A stretch of 63,534 bases of DNA, filler included, from Planctomycetota bacterium (lineage in GTDB: Bacteria; Planctomycetota; Planctomycetia; JALXBF01): assembly GCA_026991575.1 (NCBI GenBank). It is 6 parts of 6 records of this genome, joined end to end, with 100 filler letters (N's around TTAATTAATTAA, not from the genome) between each part and the next. Parts side by side here need not be neighbours in the genome. Positions count along the whole stretch, not along the records: positions 50,547 to 57,836 come from JALXBF010000047.1; positions 57,937 to 59,769 come from JALXBF010000066.1; positions 59,870 to 61,658 come from JALXBF010000068.1; 3 more parts are not named here. One strand, written 5' to 3'. Positions 50,447 through 60,858 of the stretch are shown here, in pieces (position 1 is the stretch's first letter; each line of letters starts with the position of its first letter). Under the pieces are notes generated by a model. That model saw only the letters and a list, made by a program, of their open reading frames with translations. It ran no database searches and was not told where the DNA came from. Position numbers and translations under genes: made by a program.

Positions 50447-50546
50447 NNNNNNNNNNNNNNNNNNNNNNNNNNNNNNNNNNNNNNNNNNNNTTAATTAATT
50501 AANNNNNNNNNNNNNNNNNNNNNNNNNNNNNNNNNNNNNNNNNNNN
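50447..50546. other. Artificial contig linker
   Basis: N44-TTAATTAATTAA-N44. Confidence 0.98.
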
Positions 50547-50888
50547 GGTAAAGACCCCCCTCCCCCGAGTTCGCGGTGGCTGGCGAGTTGTACGGTGCCC
50601 GGCAGCCGGCGTAACGAGCTCCCAACGCAGCCGAAACCAACCCGCCAACGCGGGTGAGACCGTTGCCCAAACGTAGCCGAAACGGACCCGCGCGGAGGCG
50701 TTCGCGTCGGAGCGGCGGTTGAACATCGCAACCAGCACGTACTGGAGCAGTTCGGGGATTCGCCACGGCTAGCGGTGCCGCGTGCCTGGATCCAGTCGGA
50801 CAGACCTCCGCTGGTGTCTCTGTGCCACCGCGGTTCGGTCCGTCGGTTCGACGCGGGCTACGATGGCAGCATTCCTGATCAAGCATCC

Positions 50889-51442
50889 GTTTCAATCGCA
50901 TCTTGGTTCGATTGGTCAGCGTGACTTATCGTGCGGTCTGCCCTAGTAGGAGAACGCCCTAGGTTTCAATCCCATCGTGGTTCGATTGGCCGGTGCGACC
51001 TCGAAATGCCTTTCGTTTCCCAAAATCCTGCTTACGGTTTCAATCCCATCGTGGTTCGATTGGCCGGTGCGACTCCCCGAAGTTCCTCACGTACTTGCGG
51101 TAGTTCGCCGTTTCAATCCCATCGTGGTTCGATTGGCCGGTGCGACCTGGGAGTTGGGATTGGCGCTCCGCGACGAAAAGTGGGTTTCAATCCCATCGTG
51201 GTTCGATTGGCCGGTGCGACATACGTAAATGTATTTTCAGTTGATTTTAAAACGTTGGTTTCAATCCCATCGTGGTTCGATTGGCCGGTGCGACTGAAGA
51301 GTCTGAAGGACGATCCAGGGTGGAATTATATGTTTCAATCCCATCGTGGTTCGATTGGCCGGTGCGACGATGGCAAACACATTGGTCTTTTAACATTAAA
51401 AGATGGTTTCAATCCCATCGTGGTTCGATTGGCCGGTGCGAC
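50889..51442 (-). CRISPR. CRISPR array: 8 repeats of 37 bp and 7 spacers of 36-37 bp
   Basis: Repeat (+) GTTTCAATCCCATCGTGGTTCGATTGGCCGGTGCGAC at 50963, 51037, 51110, 51184, 51258, 51332 and 51406, plus a 6-mismatch copy at 50889. The minus-strand repeat ends in ATTGAAAC, and the degenerate copy marks the trailer. Confidence 0.97.
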
Positions 51443-51721
51443 AGACCTGTTCGCAAGTGGGGACAAGTCAAGGGGTTGGGTGCGATCTTGCCCGGACCTC
51501 GCCAAACGCCGGGCCAGAGAGCCGGCGCGGTGCGCGCCCGTAGTCGTATCTGTTTGCCAAAGAACAACTTGCGGTTGCCCGCACCTGGCCGATTTTCGCC
51601 CGCGCCAACGGTGCGGGCAAACGCCAGCGAAACGGGCGACCAAACCACGCAAGCAGCCCAAAACTAAGGCCAATCCCCGCAGCGACCAGCTCGGAGGGTC
51701 ACTGCGACCGTGATTCTAACA
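51443..51721 (-). promoter_or_regulatory. Putative CRISPR leader with extended -10 element
   Basis: Non-coding region opposite the degenerate repeat. TGTTAGAAT on the minus strand at 51713-51721 faces the array. Confidence 0.4.
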
Positions 51722-52142
51722 AACTACCGCAGCGGCCCGCCAGCCGCCGTGGAGAGAGGAGCCAGCGAGCTCCGGGGCTGCCCACGGGCGGGGGACGTGC
51801 TACGGTGCGGGCCGCCGCCGCGGGCGCCACGCCCTCAGTTGTACGCGCCAGGATGCTGCATCACGCGAATCGCCCGATGGGCACGATCCGACGCAGGATA
51901 ATCGTGGGGAATCGGGGACCTGCTTCCGGTCGAGCCTAGCTACGTGCCGAAGTGCCGTCGACCACTGCGGTCCATACTCCGCTTCCGTCTACTCGCCCGT
52001 GAAGCAGCACTGGCGGCGGCACGGACTCGGTAAAGGAAAGACGGCCATGCACAGCAAAGTGCGACCCGGCTCGTTGGGATAGCGGGATCCTGCCGGAGGC
52101 AGCCAGCGTCCGGCCAGCAGGCGGTTCAGGCGGAGGTGCCCG

Positions 52143-52736
52143 ATGGGGCGGCGCAGGCGGAAGAGGCAGAGGGGCGGATCGAGAAAGTCAGTGCTTACGG
52201 CTATCGTCCTCGTCCCTCCCGGGAAGCTATGGGGGCCGATCCAAGCGATCCGCTCACGTTACGACCGCCGCTACCACCGCTGGATGCCTCACATCACACT
52301 GATCTTCCCCTTCGTCCCGGAGCTCGAAATCCCTCGGCTACTGCCTGGGCTTACCGCCGCACTGGCCGATGTCGTGCCTTTCCGCATCCGCCTGGAACGG
52401 TTCCGCTACTTTCGTCACCCGTCCGGAACGGCCACCGTGTGGCTTGCGCCAGTGCCGGCCGAGCCGGTCGGCGAGGTCCAGTGGCGACTGCAGCAAGTGG
52501 TGCCCTGGTGTGACGATCAGCGCAGGCATCCCGAAGGCTTCACCCCGCACCTGAGCGTTGGCCAGGCGATGAGTTGGGAGGAAGCCGAGCGCCTGGTGGC
52601 CCAGTTGCAGCGCTCCTGGTCTTCCCTCGAATTCCACGTCGATCACGTTTCCATCGTCGTCCGCGGTCCAACCACGCCTTTTCGCGAAGCGCATCGTTTG
52701 CCGTTCGGGGCGCGCGACGGTGTTACTTGTCCGTAA
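52143..52736 (+). CDS. 2H phosphoesterase (2'-5' RNA ligase family)
   Basis: Two HxT/S motifs, PHITL and PHLSV. Confidence 0.88.
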   Translation: MGRRRRKRQRGGSRKSVLTAIVLVPPGKLWGPIQAIRSRYDRRYHRWMPHITLIFPFVPELEIPRLLPGLTAALADVVPFRIRLERFRYFRHPSGTATVWLAPVPAEPVGEVQWRLQQVVPWCDDQRRHPEGFTPHLSVGQAMSWEEAERLVAQLQRSWSSLEFHVDHVSIVVRGPTTPFREAHRLPFGARDGVTCP

Positions 52737-52932
52737 CCTGCCCGGCGCGGAGGCAGTGCGTAGCAGCCAGCGGTGCCCGCGCCCTCGGGACGCTCCGGCG
52801 TGACAGCCATCTGGCGCGCCGCGTACCGCAGCCGTTCTTTGGCGGCCGCCTGGTCTGCGTGCCGGTCGCGCGTCGCTGGGCTAAACTGATGATTGCTGAG
52901 CTAACCGTTTGGAGCTTGTGGGGGGAGCGAAC

Positions 52933-55900
52933 ATGAGTGGTTCTCGACTCAATTCGCGGTCGGGTGAGGTGGATCCCCGTGAGCTCATTCGGCAGTTCGC
53001 CGCGGCCTGGGAGGCTGCATTGCGCGAAGGAAGTAACCCACCGTTCATCGACGAGTTCGCCGATGCATTCTCCGGCAGCGAACCCGAAGAACGCGCTCGG
53101 TTGCTGCTCGAACTGGTGCAGATCGACATGCACTTTCGTAGTCGCCGGGGGGAGGAAGTAACGGTCGGTTGGTACCTGGATCGGTTTCCCCTGCTGGTGG
53201 ACCAGGTCAGCACTCTGGACGCTGTCGGTGGTCCGGTCACGCCAGGACTGCTCGATGGTGATCGCGGCCAGGGGGCGGACTCGACCGCTGACCCGCAGCT
53301 TCGGCTGGGCACCGTCGTTGCCGGCCGCTATCGGCTGGAGGAGCTGGTGGGCAGCGGCGGCATGGGGATAGTGTATCGGGCCTGGGACGTGCAGTTAGAA
53401 AGGGAAGTAGCCATCAAGACGATTCGCCTGGACCTGCTGCAGCGGCTCGAGCTGCGCGATCGCTTTCGCAGGGAGGCAAAGCTCTGCGCCGTGCTGCAGC
53501 ATCCGGGCGTCCCTGCGGTGCATGAGCTAGGCAGTTTGCCCGATGGTCGGCCGTTTCTGGCGATGACGCTGGTGCGTGGACGAACGCTGCGCGAACTGCT
53601 CGCCCGCCGTCAAGGAACGGACGAAGAGACATGGCGGCTGGTTGGCATCGTGGAGCGGGTTGCTCAGACGGTGGCCTATGCCCACGCCAACGGCATCGTG
53701 CACCGTGACCTGAAGCCGACCAACATCATGGTGGGAGCCCATGGCGAGGTGCAGGTCATGGACTGGGGGCTGGCCAAGTCGATTGGCCAGGGCGAATCCA
53801 CAGGGGCTGGACAGCGGTCGACCACGCAGGAGACGGTCGGCGGCGACGATGCATGCGTGGAGCCGCCTTCGACGCTGACGCAACCTGCCGGCGAGCTGCC
53901 GACCGACGATGGGGCGGTCCGCACGGTGCCCGGAGCAGTGATGGGGACGCCGAGCTACGCGGCTCCGGAGCAGGTGCGTGGGGAGCTGGAGCGTGTGGGG
54001 CCGGCGTCGGACGTTTTCTCGCTGGGGGCAATTCTGTGCGAGGTGCTCACCGGTGCGCCGCCTTATGGCCACGTCGCCCGTGCCGGGGGTGACGCTACAG
54101 AGCGGATCGCGCGCGGCGAGTTGGCGGAAGCCTTCGAGGCGCTTGACCGCTGCGACGCGGAACCGGAGCTGGTACGGCTATGCTGCGAGTGCCTTCGGCC
54201 GGATCCAGAGGACCGACTTGCCGACGCGGGCCTCGTGAGCCAGCGGCTGGCGCGGATCCGCGACACGGTGGCCGAGCGTGCACGTCAGGCGGAGCTGGAG
54301 CGGGCCCGCGCGCTAGTGCGCGAAGAGGAGGCGCGTCGCAGGCGCCGGATCATGGTCGCAGCCACAGCCGCTACGTTGCTTGTCCTCCTGGCCGGGCTGG
54401 CTGGAACAACGGTCGGATTCCTCCGCGCTCGCGAGCAACAACGGCTGGCCGAAGTCGCCCGGCAGCGCGAGGCACTGCAGCGGCGGCGGGCCGAAGAGAA
54501 CGCTCGCCGTGCGCTCGCCGCCGCCGAGGCCGAAAAGGCGGCACGCCAGGCGGCCGAACGAAATCTGACCTTCGCCCGCCGCGCCTACCGTCTGCTCGGC
54601 TCGGTCTTCAACAACCTCTCCACCGACTCGGCTTACGAGACCGTGGCCGATTTCCGACGCACCCTGCGGCAGTCGGTGCTGCGCGCGATCGAGCAGCTCG
54701 AAGAGCAGGAACTGGGCGAACCGTACGATGTCGCCGCGCTGCGCACCGAGCTCGGCGTTGCTCTCACGTCACTGGGCGATGCGAAGACAGCGATCGAGCA
54801 CCTCCAACTGGCGTACCAGACGCAGCGTGACGTGTTGGGGCCGGAACATCCCGATACGCTCCGTGCCCTGAACGGCCTGGCCCTTGCCTACGCGGCGATT
54901 GGCGACCTGTCGAATGCGGAACGGCTGCTGAAGCAGGTGGTCCAACTACGCACGGAGGTGCTCGGCAGAGACCATCCCGACACGCTGGCGGCCATGGGCA
55001 GCCTCGGCTCAGTCTACGTGTCGCAGGGGAAGTACCGGGACGCCGTGCCATTACTGCAGGAAACGATACGCCTGGCGGAGGCCGCCGGTGACCAGCGTCT
55101 CGGGCCGATGTCCACGTTGGCCACAGTTCTGTTCCAGCTTGGCCAGACCGACGAAGCACTTCGCCTTGCAGAGCAGGTGCTGAAGTTGACCGAAGAGGCC
55201 GTCGGTCCGGACCACACGGCAACCGCCAGAGCACTCAACAACCTGGCCGCGTTCTATATGCGAACGGGACAGCGGAAACAGGCCGCGGCGTTGCTGCGCC
55301 GGGCCTATGAGATCGTCAGCGTCCAACTGGGGGCAGACCATCCAACCACGCTTCAAATCATGGCAAACCTGGCAGCGGTCCACTTGAGTCAGGGTGACCT
55401 GAGCAGAGCCGCCGACTGGCTCCGCCGCGCGTACCACCTACAGCGCCAGAGGCTCGGTCCGGACGACGTGCGGACACTCCGGACGGCCATGATATTGGCC
55501 GGCGTACTGAGCCAAGAACAGGGCGATCAGGAAGCGCTACCGCTGCTAGAGCAGGCTGCGGCAGGCCTGCGGGCGCAGCTCGGAATCAGCCATGGTGACA
55601 CCCTCGAAGCGTACGCCCGGCTGGGTGATTGCTATCTGAGGCTCGGGAGGCACCAGGACGCGGTGCGGGTATGCAAGGAGGTTCTGCAGGCACTGGAGGA
55701 GGGCGAGATATCCAGCGACCGGGATACCCTCATCGGTCTCAATAACGTTGCCTTCGTGCTGTTGGATGCTCGTGCAGCCGGCGAAGCGGCACGGATCTTC
55801 GAGCATGTCGTGCGGGAAAGGGAGAGACTCTTTGGCAAAAAGCATCCGGCCGTGGTCCGTGCCCTGGGCAACCTGGGGGCGGCACTCTGGCATGCCGGCA

Positions 55901-56775
55901 GACTTTCGGAAGCCGCGGAGACGATGGAGCGGGCCGTTGCGCTGGCCCGCCAAGTGCACGGCGAGGACGATCCCAACACGTTGGCCTGGACGGAAACCCT
56001 CGTGCGAATCCATACGGAAGCCGGCCAGGTGGAGCGGGCCATTGAGCTCGGCGAACAGGTGCTGGCCAGGGTAATCCGCCTGAAGGGACAGGACTCGCTG
56101 GACGCAGCGGCAAGCCGCTACAACCTGGCGCTGGCCTATCAGCGGGCAGGCCAGACGGATCGTGCCCGTGAGTTGTTGAAGCAGGCTGCGGATCTGATCG
56201 CCCAACACGGGCCAACGGGCGCGTGGGCGTTGAAGGCGCTGGCTTTGGCCGCCGACTTGCACGAGCAGGTAGGGCGTTACGCGGAGGCGGAACGGTGGCG
56301 GAGAGTACGCATGAGGTTTCACGAGAGCCGCCCGAACACGCCGCCCTTGTTGTTGGCAGCAGAGTACGACGCATTGGTTCTGAACCTGCAGGCACAGGAG
56401 AAGTTTGCCGAGGCGCTGGAGCTAGCTAGCAAGAGTGTCGCGATCCGGCAGAAGCACGCGCCCGACGCCTGGCTCACCCATAATGCCCGCGGGCTGCTAG
56501 CACGCTCTCTGGCGGGCATGGCCCTGGCACGCCCGCAGGGTGAGCAGCGACGGAGCGAGCTGCTTCGGGCAGAGCAGATGTTGGTGGCCGCGATTGCGGC
56601 AATGCGCGACACCAAGACGACGTTACCTGAGCCGGTACAGCGGCGTCACCTGACACGCCTCGTGCGCGGCCTCATCGAGGTGTACCGGGCGTTGGAACGG
56701 GACGAAGAGCTCCGGCGCTGGGAGCGCGAACTGGCGAAGCTGGCGGGCGAAGCGGACGAGGGGGCAGAAGAGTGA
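52933..56775 (+). CDS. Hanks-type Ser/Thr kinase with TM helix and TPR repeats
   Basis: GSGGMGIVY, VAIK, HRDLKPTN, DWG and GTPSYAAPEQ; one TM segment; repeated LG.dHPdTL..mnNLA kinesin-light-chain-like TPRs. Confidence 0.93.
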   Translation: MSGSRLNSRSGEVDPRELIRQFAAAWEAALREGSNPPFIDEFADAFSGSEPEERARLLLELVQIDMHFRSRRGEEVTVGWYLDRFPLLVDQVSTLDAVGGPVTPGLLDGDRGQGADSTADPQLRLGTVVAGRYRLEELVGSGGMGIVYRAWDVQLEREVAIKTIRLDLLQRLELRDRFRREAKLCAVLQHPGVPAVHELGSLPDGRPFLAMTLVRGRTLRELLARRQGTDEETWRLVGIVERVAQTVAYAHANGIVHRDLKPTNIMVGAHGEVQVMDWGLAKSIGQGESTGAGQRSTTQETVGGDDACVEPPSTLTQPAGELPTDDGAVRTVPGAVMGTPSYAAPEQVRGELERVGPASDVFSLGAILCEVLTGAPPYGHVARAGGDATERIARGELAEAFEALDRCDAEPELVRLCCECLRPDPEDRLADAGLVSQRLARIRDTVAERARQAELERARALVREEEARRRRRIMVAATAATLLVLLAGLAGTTVGFLRAREQQRLAEVARQREALQRRRAEENARRALAAAEAEKAARQAAERNLTFARRAYRLLGSVFNNLSTDSAYETVADFRRTLRQSVLRAIEQLEEQELGEPYDVAALRTELGVALTSLGDAKTAIEHLQLAYQTQRDVLGPEHPDTLRALNGLALAYAAIGDLSNAERLLKQVVQLRTEVLGRDHPDTLAAMGSLGSVYVSQGKYRDAVPLLQETIRLAEAAGDQRLGPMSTLATVLFQLGQTDEALRLAEQVLKLTEEAVGPDHTATARALNNLAAFYMRTGQRKQAAALLRRAYEIVSVQLGADHPTTLQIMANLAAVHLSQGDLSRAADWLRRAYHLQRQRLGPDDVRTLRTAMILAGVLSQEQGDQEALPLLEQAAAGLRAQLGISHGDTLEAYARLGDCYLRLGRHQDAVRVCKEVLQALEEGEISSDRDTLIGLNNVAFVLLDARAAGEAARIFEHVVRERERLFGKKHPAVVRALGNLGAALWHAGRLSEAAETMERAVALARQVHGEDDPNTLAWTETLVRIHTEAGQVERAIELGEQVLARVIRLKGQDSLDAAASRYNLALAYQRAGQTDRARELLKQAADLIAQHGPTGAWALKALALAADLHEQVGRYAEAERWRRVRMRFHESRPNTPPLLLAAEYDALVLNLQAQEKFAEALELASKSVAIRQKHAPDAWLTHNARGLLARSLAGMALARPQGEQRRSELLRAEQMLVAAIAAMRDTKTTLPEPVQRRHLTRLVRGLIEVYRALERDEELRRWERELAKLAGEADEGAEE

Positions 56776-56889
56776 GTGGTCCCGATAGGGAATGGCCTCC
56801 GCGTGAGCACGGGGCAGGGCGCAAGAGCGAGGGGGTGCGGCGGGCCGCATCCCCCGATGTGGATCGTCGCAGTAGGTCGACCAGGTCAG

Positions 56890-57836
56890 TTACCGGAGCC
56901 GGAACTGACTGACCAGGGACCGGAGCCGTTCTGCCACGTCGGCAAGATTGCGACTGGCCTGGCGGGTCTCCGTTGCACCGGAGGCCACGTCCTTTGCGGC
57001 CCGCTCCACCTCGGTCATCGCGTTGCTCACATCCGAGGAGGTCTGAGCCGCTGCGCTGACGCTCTCGGTGATCGTGTCCGCCGCTTTGGAGACGGTAGCC
57101 ACGTTCTCGGAAACCTCCCTGGTCGTGATGCTCTGCTCCTCGACCGCCGCGGCGATCGCCCGGGACGTCTCGCTCACGTCGTTGATCACCGAATTGATCT
57201 TGGCCACTGCGTCGACCGCCCGCTGGGCCGACTCCTGCATGTGCCGGATTCGTTGGCGGATGTCGTTCGTGGACTCGGCAGTCTGATGCGCGAGCTCCTT
57301 AACCTGGTTCGCCACCACGGCAAATCCTTTGCCCGAATCGCCGGCCCGCGCGGCCTCGATGGCCGCATTCAGCGCCAGCAGGTTCGTCTGAGCCGCAATG
57401 TCCTCGATCGTTTCGATGACCTGCCCGATCTCCTGGGCAGCTGCTCCAAGATCGCTGATTTCCTCGTTGCTCTGCCGCACCAGGCCGCGGGCTTCTTCGG
57501 CCACCTCTGCCGCCTTCGTGGCGTTGGTGGCGATCTCTGAGATGCTCGCGGTCATCTCATCGATAGCCGCTGCGACGGAACGGATGTTGTTGGCCACTTC
57601 CTCAATGGACTGCGCGACAGTGCCCATGCGCCGGTGGTTTGCCTCCACCGCGTCCTTGACCACCGTCACACGCTGGCTTGTTTCGTCTGCAGTCTCTGAC
57701 ATCTGTTGCGCCGTGCCGGCCAGCAGGTCAACCGACGCGGTGACCTCGTCGGCTAATTCGTGGATGCGTCCCACGATCGAGCGAAGCTGATGGCCCATGT
57801 TGCTCAAGGCCGCGGCCAATTGTCCGACTTCGTCGC
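56890..57836 (-). CDS. Methyl-accepting chemotaxis protein (5' partial)
   Basis: [37 protein letters not shown] hairpin tip; HAMP end [10 protein letters not shown] at the contig edge. Confidence 0.95.
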
Positions 57837-57936
57837 NNNNNNNNNNNNNNNNNNNNNNNNNNNNNNNNNNNNNNNNNNNNTTAATTAATTAANNNNNNNN
57901 NNNNNNNNNNNNNNNNNNNNNNNNNNNNNNNNNNNN
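57837..57936. other. Artificial contig linker
   Basis: N44-TTAATTAATTAA-N44. Confidence 0.98.
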
Positions 57937-59223
57937 GAGCCGGTCCTTTGGAATGCGCACCAGGTACAGGAAGGCCAGACCCGCTATCAGGAAACCGGCC
58001 TGAGAGCAGATTGCCACACGGAGCCCGAACAGGTCGCTGAGTAAGCCGAACACGGTGCTACCGATTACGGATAGCTTTGTCGTGATTCCGTACAGTCCAA
58101 AGTACTCGCCGACCTTCTCCGGCGGCGCCAGGACAAGCAGCACCTTGCGGCCAGCGGTCCAGATGCCCGCCAGACCGATTGCTCCCACCACCGCCATCGT
58201 CAGCACATAGCCGGTCGCGTGCCGGCCGCCGAAAACGGCTCCTCCGGCCAAGGCCACTACCAGGCACCAGCCGGAGAAGCGGAGCGGACGTAGTCCCGAA
58301 CCACGATTGGCCCAGGCGCCGATCACCACGCCGAAGATGATTGCGGCCGTGGTAAGCACCATGCCGACCACCTGAATGAACGGCCTGATGCCGCCGCCTG
58401 CCGGCTCGGGCCGGAAGGCGACGCCGAACAGGGTCAGTTGGCCAGAGTCGAGCACGGGCGTGAAGAACTCGCCTGTGACGTCGGCAAAGTACAGAATGGC
58501 CGTGTTCAACGTGTCCACCAGCAGGAAATTCCCGAGCAGGAAATAGAGCACGGCGCGGTCCCGCGGCAGACTGCGCAGAGTCGCCAGGAGACCGGCCCAG
58601 GCATCACTCAGCAATCCCTTCAGCGGCACACGGTCCCGGGCGATCTGCCGTTCGTCCCGGACCAGGCACAGGCAGGGGAGGGCAAAGAGCAGAAACAACA
58701 GGGCAAACGCAACCAGGGACCGCTGCGTGCCGAGCCAGTTGCCCAGCGGGATGAACAGCATCAGCGTTACGATGTTGCCAAAGTATCCCAACGCGACCCC
58801 GAGCCCGCTGACCAATCCCGTGTTTGGGCCGGCTGCCGATGGCAGCAACGCGTTGTAGAAGACCAGTGCCGTCTGGTATGCAACGTTCGCCGCGAAGACC
58901 GCGGCGAGGAGCCCCGGTTCCAGTCGAACCAGGCCCATGAGGATGAAGGCAGCGATACAGAGTAGGGTGCTCCAGGTCAGATAGAGCCTGGCCCGGCCGG
59001 TCCGGTCCGCCAGTGCGCCCAGCACGGGCACGGCAAGGCCGGCCAGAACCATGGAGACCGTCTGTGTCGCGCCCAGCGGCGTGCGGTGGCCATACGTTTC
59101 CCGGTAGAAGGGCGCGAAGATGTAGGTCAGGGAGGCGGCGTAGATGGTGTTGGCCAGGTCATAGAGAACCCATGCCCCGGCCTTGGCCCAGATTGCGGTT
59201 CGCGCCGGTGCGGATCGGTCCAT
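57937..59223 (-). CDS. MFS transporter, UMF1/Atg22-like (3' end cut)
   Basis: WVLYDLANT, LGALADRTG, FYNALLP and GEYFGLY; about 12 TM helices. Confidence 0.88.
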
Positions 59224-59303
59224 CCAACCTGCTCACGCCAGCCGCGGGGTGCCACCCGGTGGCCGGGGCACCTGAACGTTGGATCGCGAGTCGTTCCGAG
59301 CGG

Positions 59304-59546
59304 TTACTCGGGGACAAACGGCAACAACGCCATGAAACGGGCCCGTTTCACGGCGCGGGCCACCGCACGCTGGAACGCAGCGCAGTTGCCCGTGCGGCTC
59401 CGCGGCAGTAGTCGCGCCTGGGCTGTGCACATCTTCTTGAGCAGGTTGATGTCCTTGTAGTCCACGTAGGCTGGACGTGGGCAGCCCTGGGGGGTACAGA
59501 ACCGACAGCGATTTCGTCCCCGCAACTTGGACCGCTTACGTACCAT
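59304..59546 (-). CDS. rpsR: 30S ribosomal protein S18
   Basis: CRFC...VDYKD...LLPRSRTG...QRAVARAVKRARFMALLPF; GGAG RBS. Confidence 0.95.
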   Translation of the reverse strand: MVRKRSKLRGRNRCRFCTPQGCPRPAYVDYKDINLLKKMCTAQARLLPRSRTGNCAAFQRAVARAVKRARFMALLPFVPE

Positions 59547-59769
59547 TCGTTAGTACTCCTGCCGACGACTCCTGAACGCAACAACCCTGTGGACGGTAGG
59601 TGCTTGAGAACTATAGGAAGCTTGTGCAGTTCGGTCAAGGAAAAGCGGCCTGCCTCTCCTAGGAGGATTCCTGCTCGGAGACTCGTTCGACGAATTTCTT
59701 CGTCGCCGTGTCGATGCGTACCACCTCACCGGGCCTCAAGTACGGCGGGACTTGTACCTTCAGGCCGGT

Positions 59770-59869
59770 NNNNNNNNNNNNNNNNNNNNNNNNNNNNNNN
59801 NNNNNNNNNNNNNTTAATTAATTAANNNNNNNNNNNNNNNNNNNNNNNNNNNNNNNNNNNNNNNNNNNN
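59770..59869. other. Artificial contig linker
   Basis: N44-TTAATTAATTAA-N44. Confidence 0.98.
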
Positions 59870-59957
59870 CACATGCCGTGCCAAAGCGGGCGGCGGGTGT
59901 GAGGCGTGGAGACATGTCGTTGTGCGATAATGCCTTATGGTGAACGCTGTGACGACG

Positions 59958-60764
59958 TTAGTCGGGAAATATGGGGCTGCGCGCGCCGCGCGCGCGGCGC
60001 TTGTCGGACAGGATTGGCTGCGTTTGCTGCGTAGGCATGGTACGGCGGGGAGGCAATTGGGCTGTTGGGCGGATCGTTTTGCTCGACCCCAATCTTGTTC
60101 GGCCGGTCGTTTGGACCGGCTGCGCTGCCCACTGCGTGAGACCCGTTGGGAACGATCTAAGCCTGCGGGGGATAGGGACGCACGCGACGAGGACCGTGGT
60201 CGCGGCGAAAGCCGCGGCACACGCATCAGGTACCAGAAGGGCACTGTAGGCGAGCACCGTGGGGGAAAAACAATACATCGCGGCCGCAGCCAGCCCCACA
60301 CGCGCGCCCCAGTAGCGTGCCCCGAGCATGTAGAGCGAAACCGGTCCCAGGAGCAAGACGGGCATCAGAGCGCAGCGGGCGGCGTGATACAGCCCGAACA
60401 AGTCTTCTCCGGCAAGCTTGATCAAGTCGTATGCAGCGTCCCACTCCGGACGGTCGCCACTGTGCGGAACCAGGCCTCTGGCTGCCGGCGTGTACAGCAC
60501 CGGCAGGGCAGCGATCAGGCGGACCAGGGGTGGATTCACGGCGTACGGCCGGAAATCGCCGTAGCGCCAATGCAGAATCCCAGCCGGCAGATGGCCAAGC
60601 TCATCCCACGCAGGACTGTGCTGGAAGTTCTCGGTGAGCACAAGGCAGGCATAGCTGCAGAGGATCAAGCTGAGCAGAAGGTGGGGCCAGGAGCCGAACT
60701 CGCGTTGCGGTTGCCGCGACGCTACGGCGTGGTCGGCTTTGGGCATGCGGCTCAACAGCGGCAC
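59958..60764 (-). pseudogene. Truncated ArnT/PMT (GT39/GT83-like) membrane glycosyltransferase
   Basis: SPAWDELGHLPAG...VNPPLVR and FSPTVLAY..LLVPD N-terminal motifs. Membrane character stops after about 200 aa and the ORF ends early. Confidence 0.5.
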
Positions 60765-60858
60765 TTCTCATGCCCCCATGACGCGCCCGCCTTGCCCAGA
60801 AGCAGATGGCCGGGGCGAGGCTCTGATGTGTGCCTGGCCGCGTGAACCTGTCGCGTCC

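Noticed and set aside
50621..50691. Imperfect direct repeat (CCCAA.CG.AGCCGAAAC..ACCCGC) before the array
   Set aside because: Two short copies unrelated to the CRISPR repeat; no function can be supported.
50926..51405. Self-targeting spacers
   Set aside because: No match to the window noticed by eye; an exhaustive alignment was not possible.
50931..51713. 260-aa ORF with repeated peptides
   Set aside because: It is the translation of the CRISPR repeats and spacers, not a gene.
52933..56775. Kinase as the missing Mokosh-type kinase partner of the helicase
   Set aside because: It is on a different contig and has the common planctomycete kinase-TM-TPR architecture.
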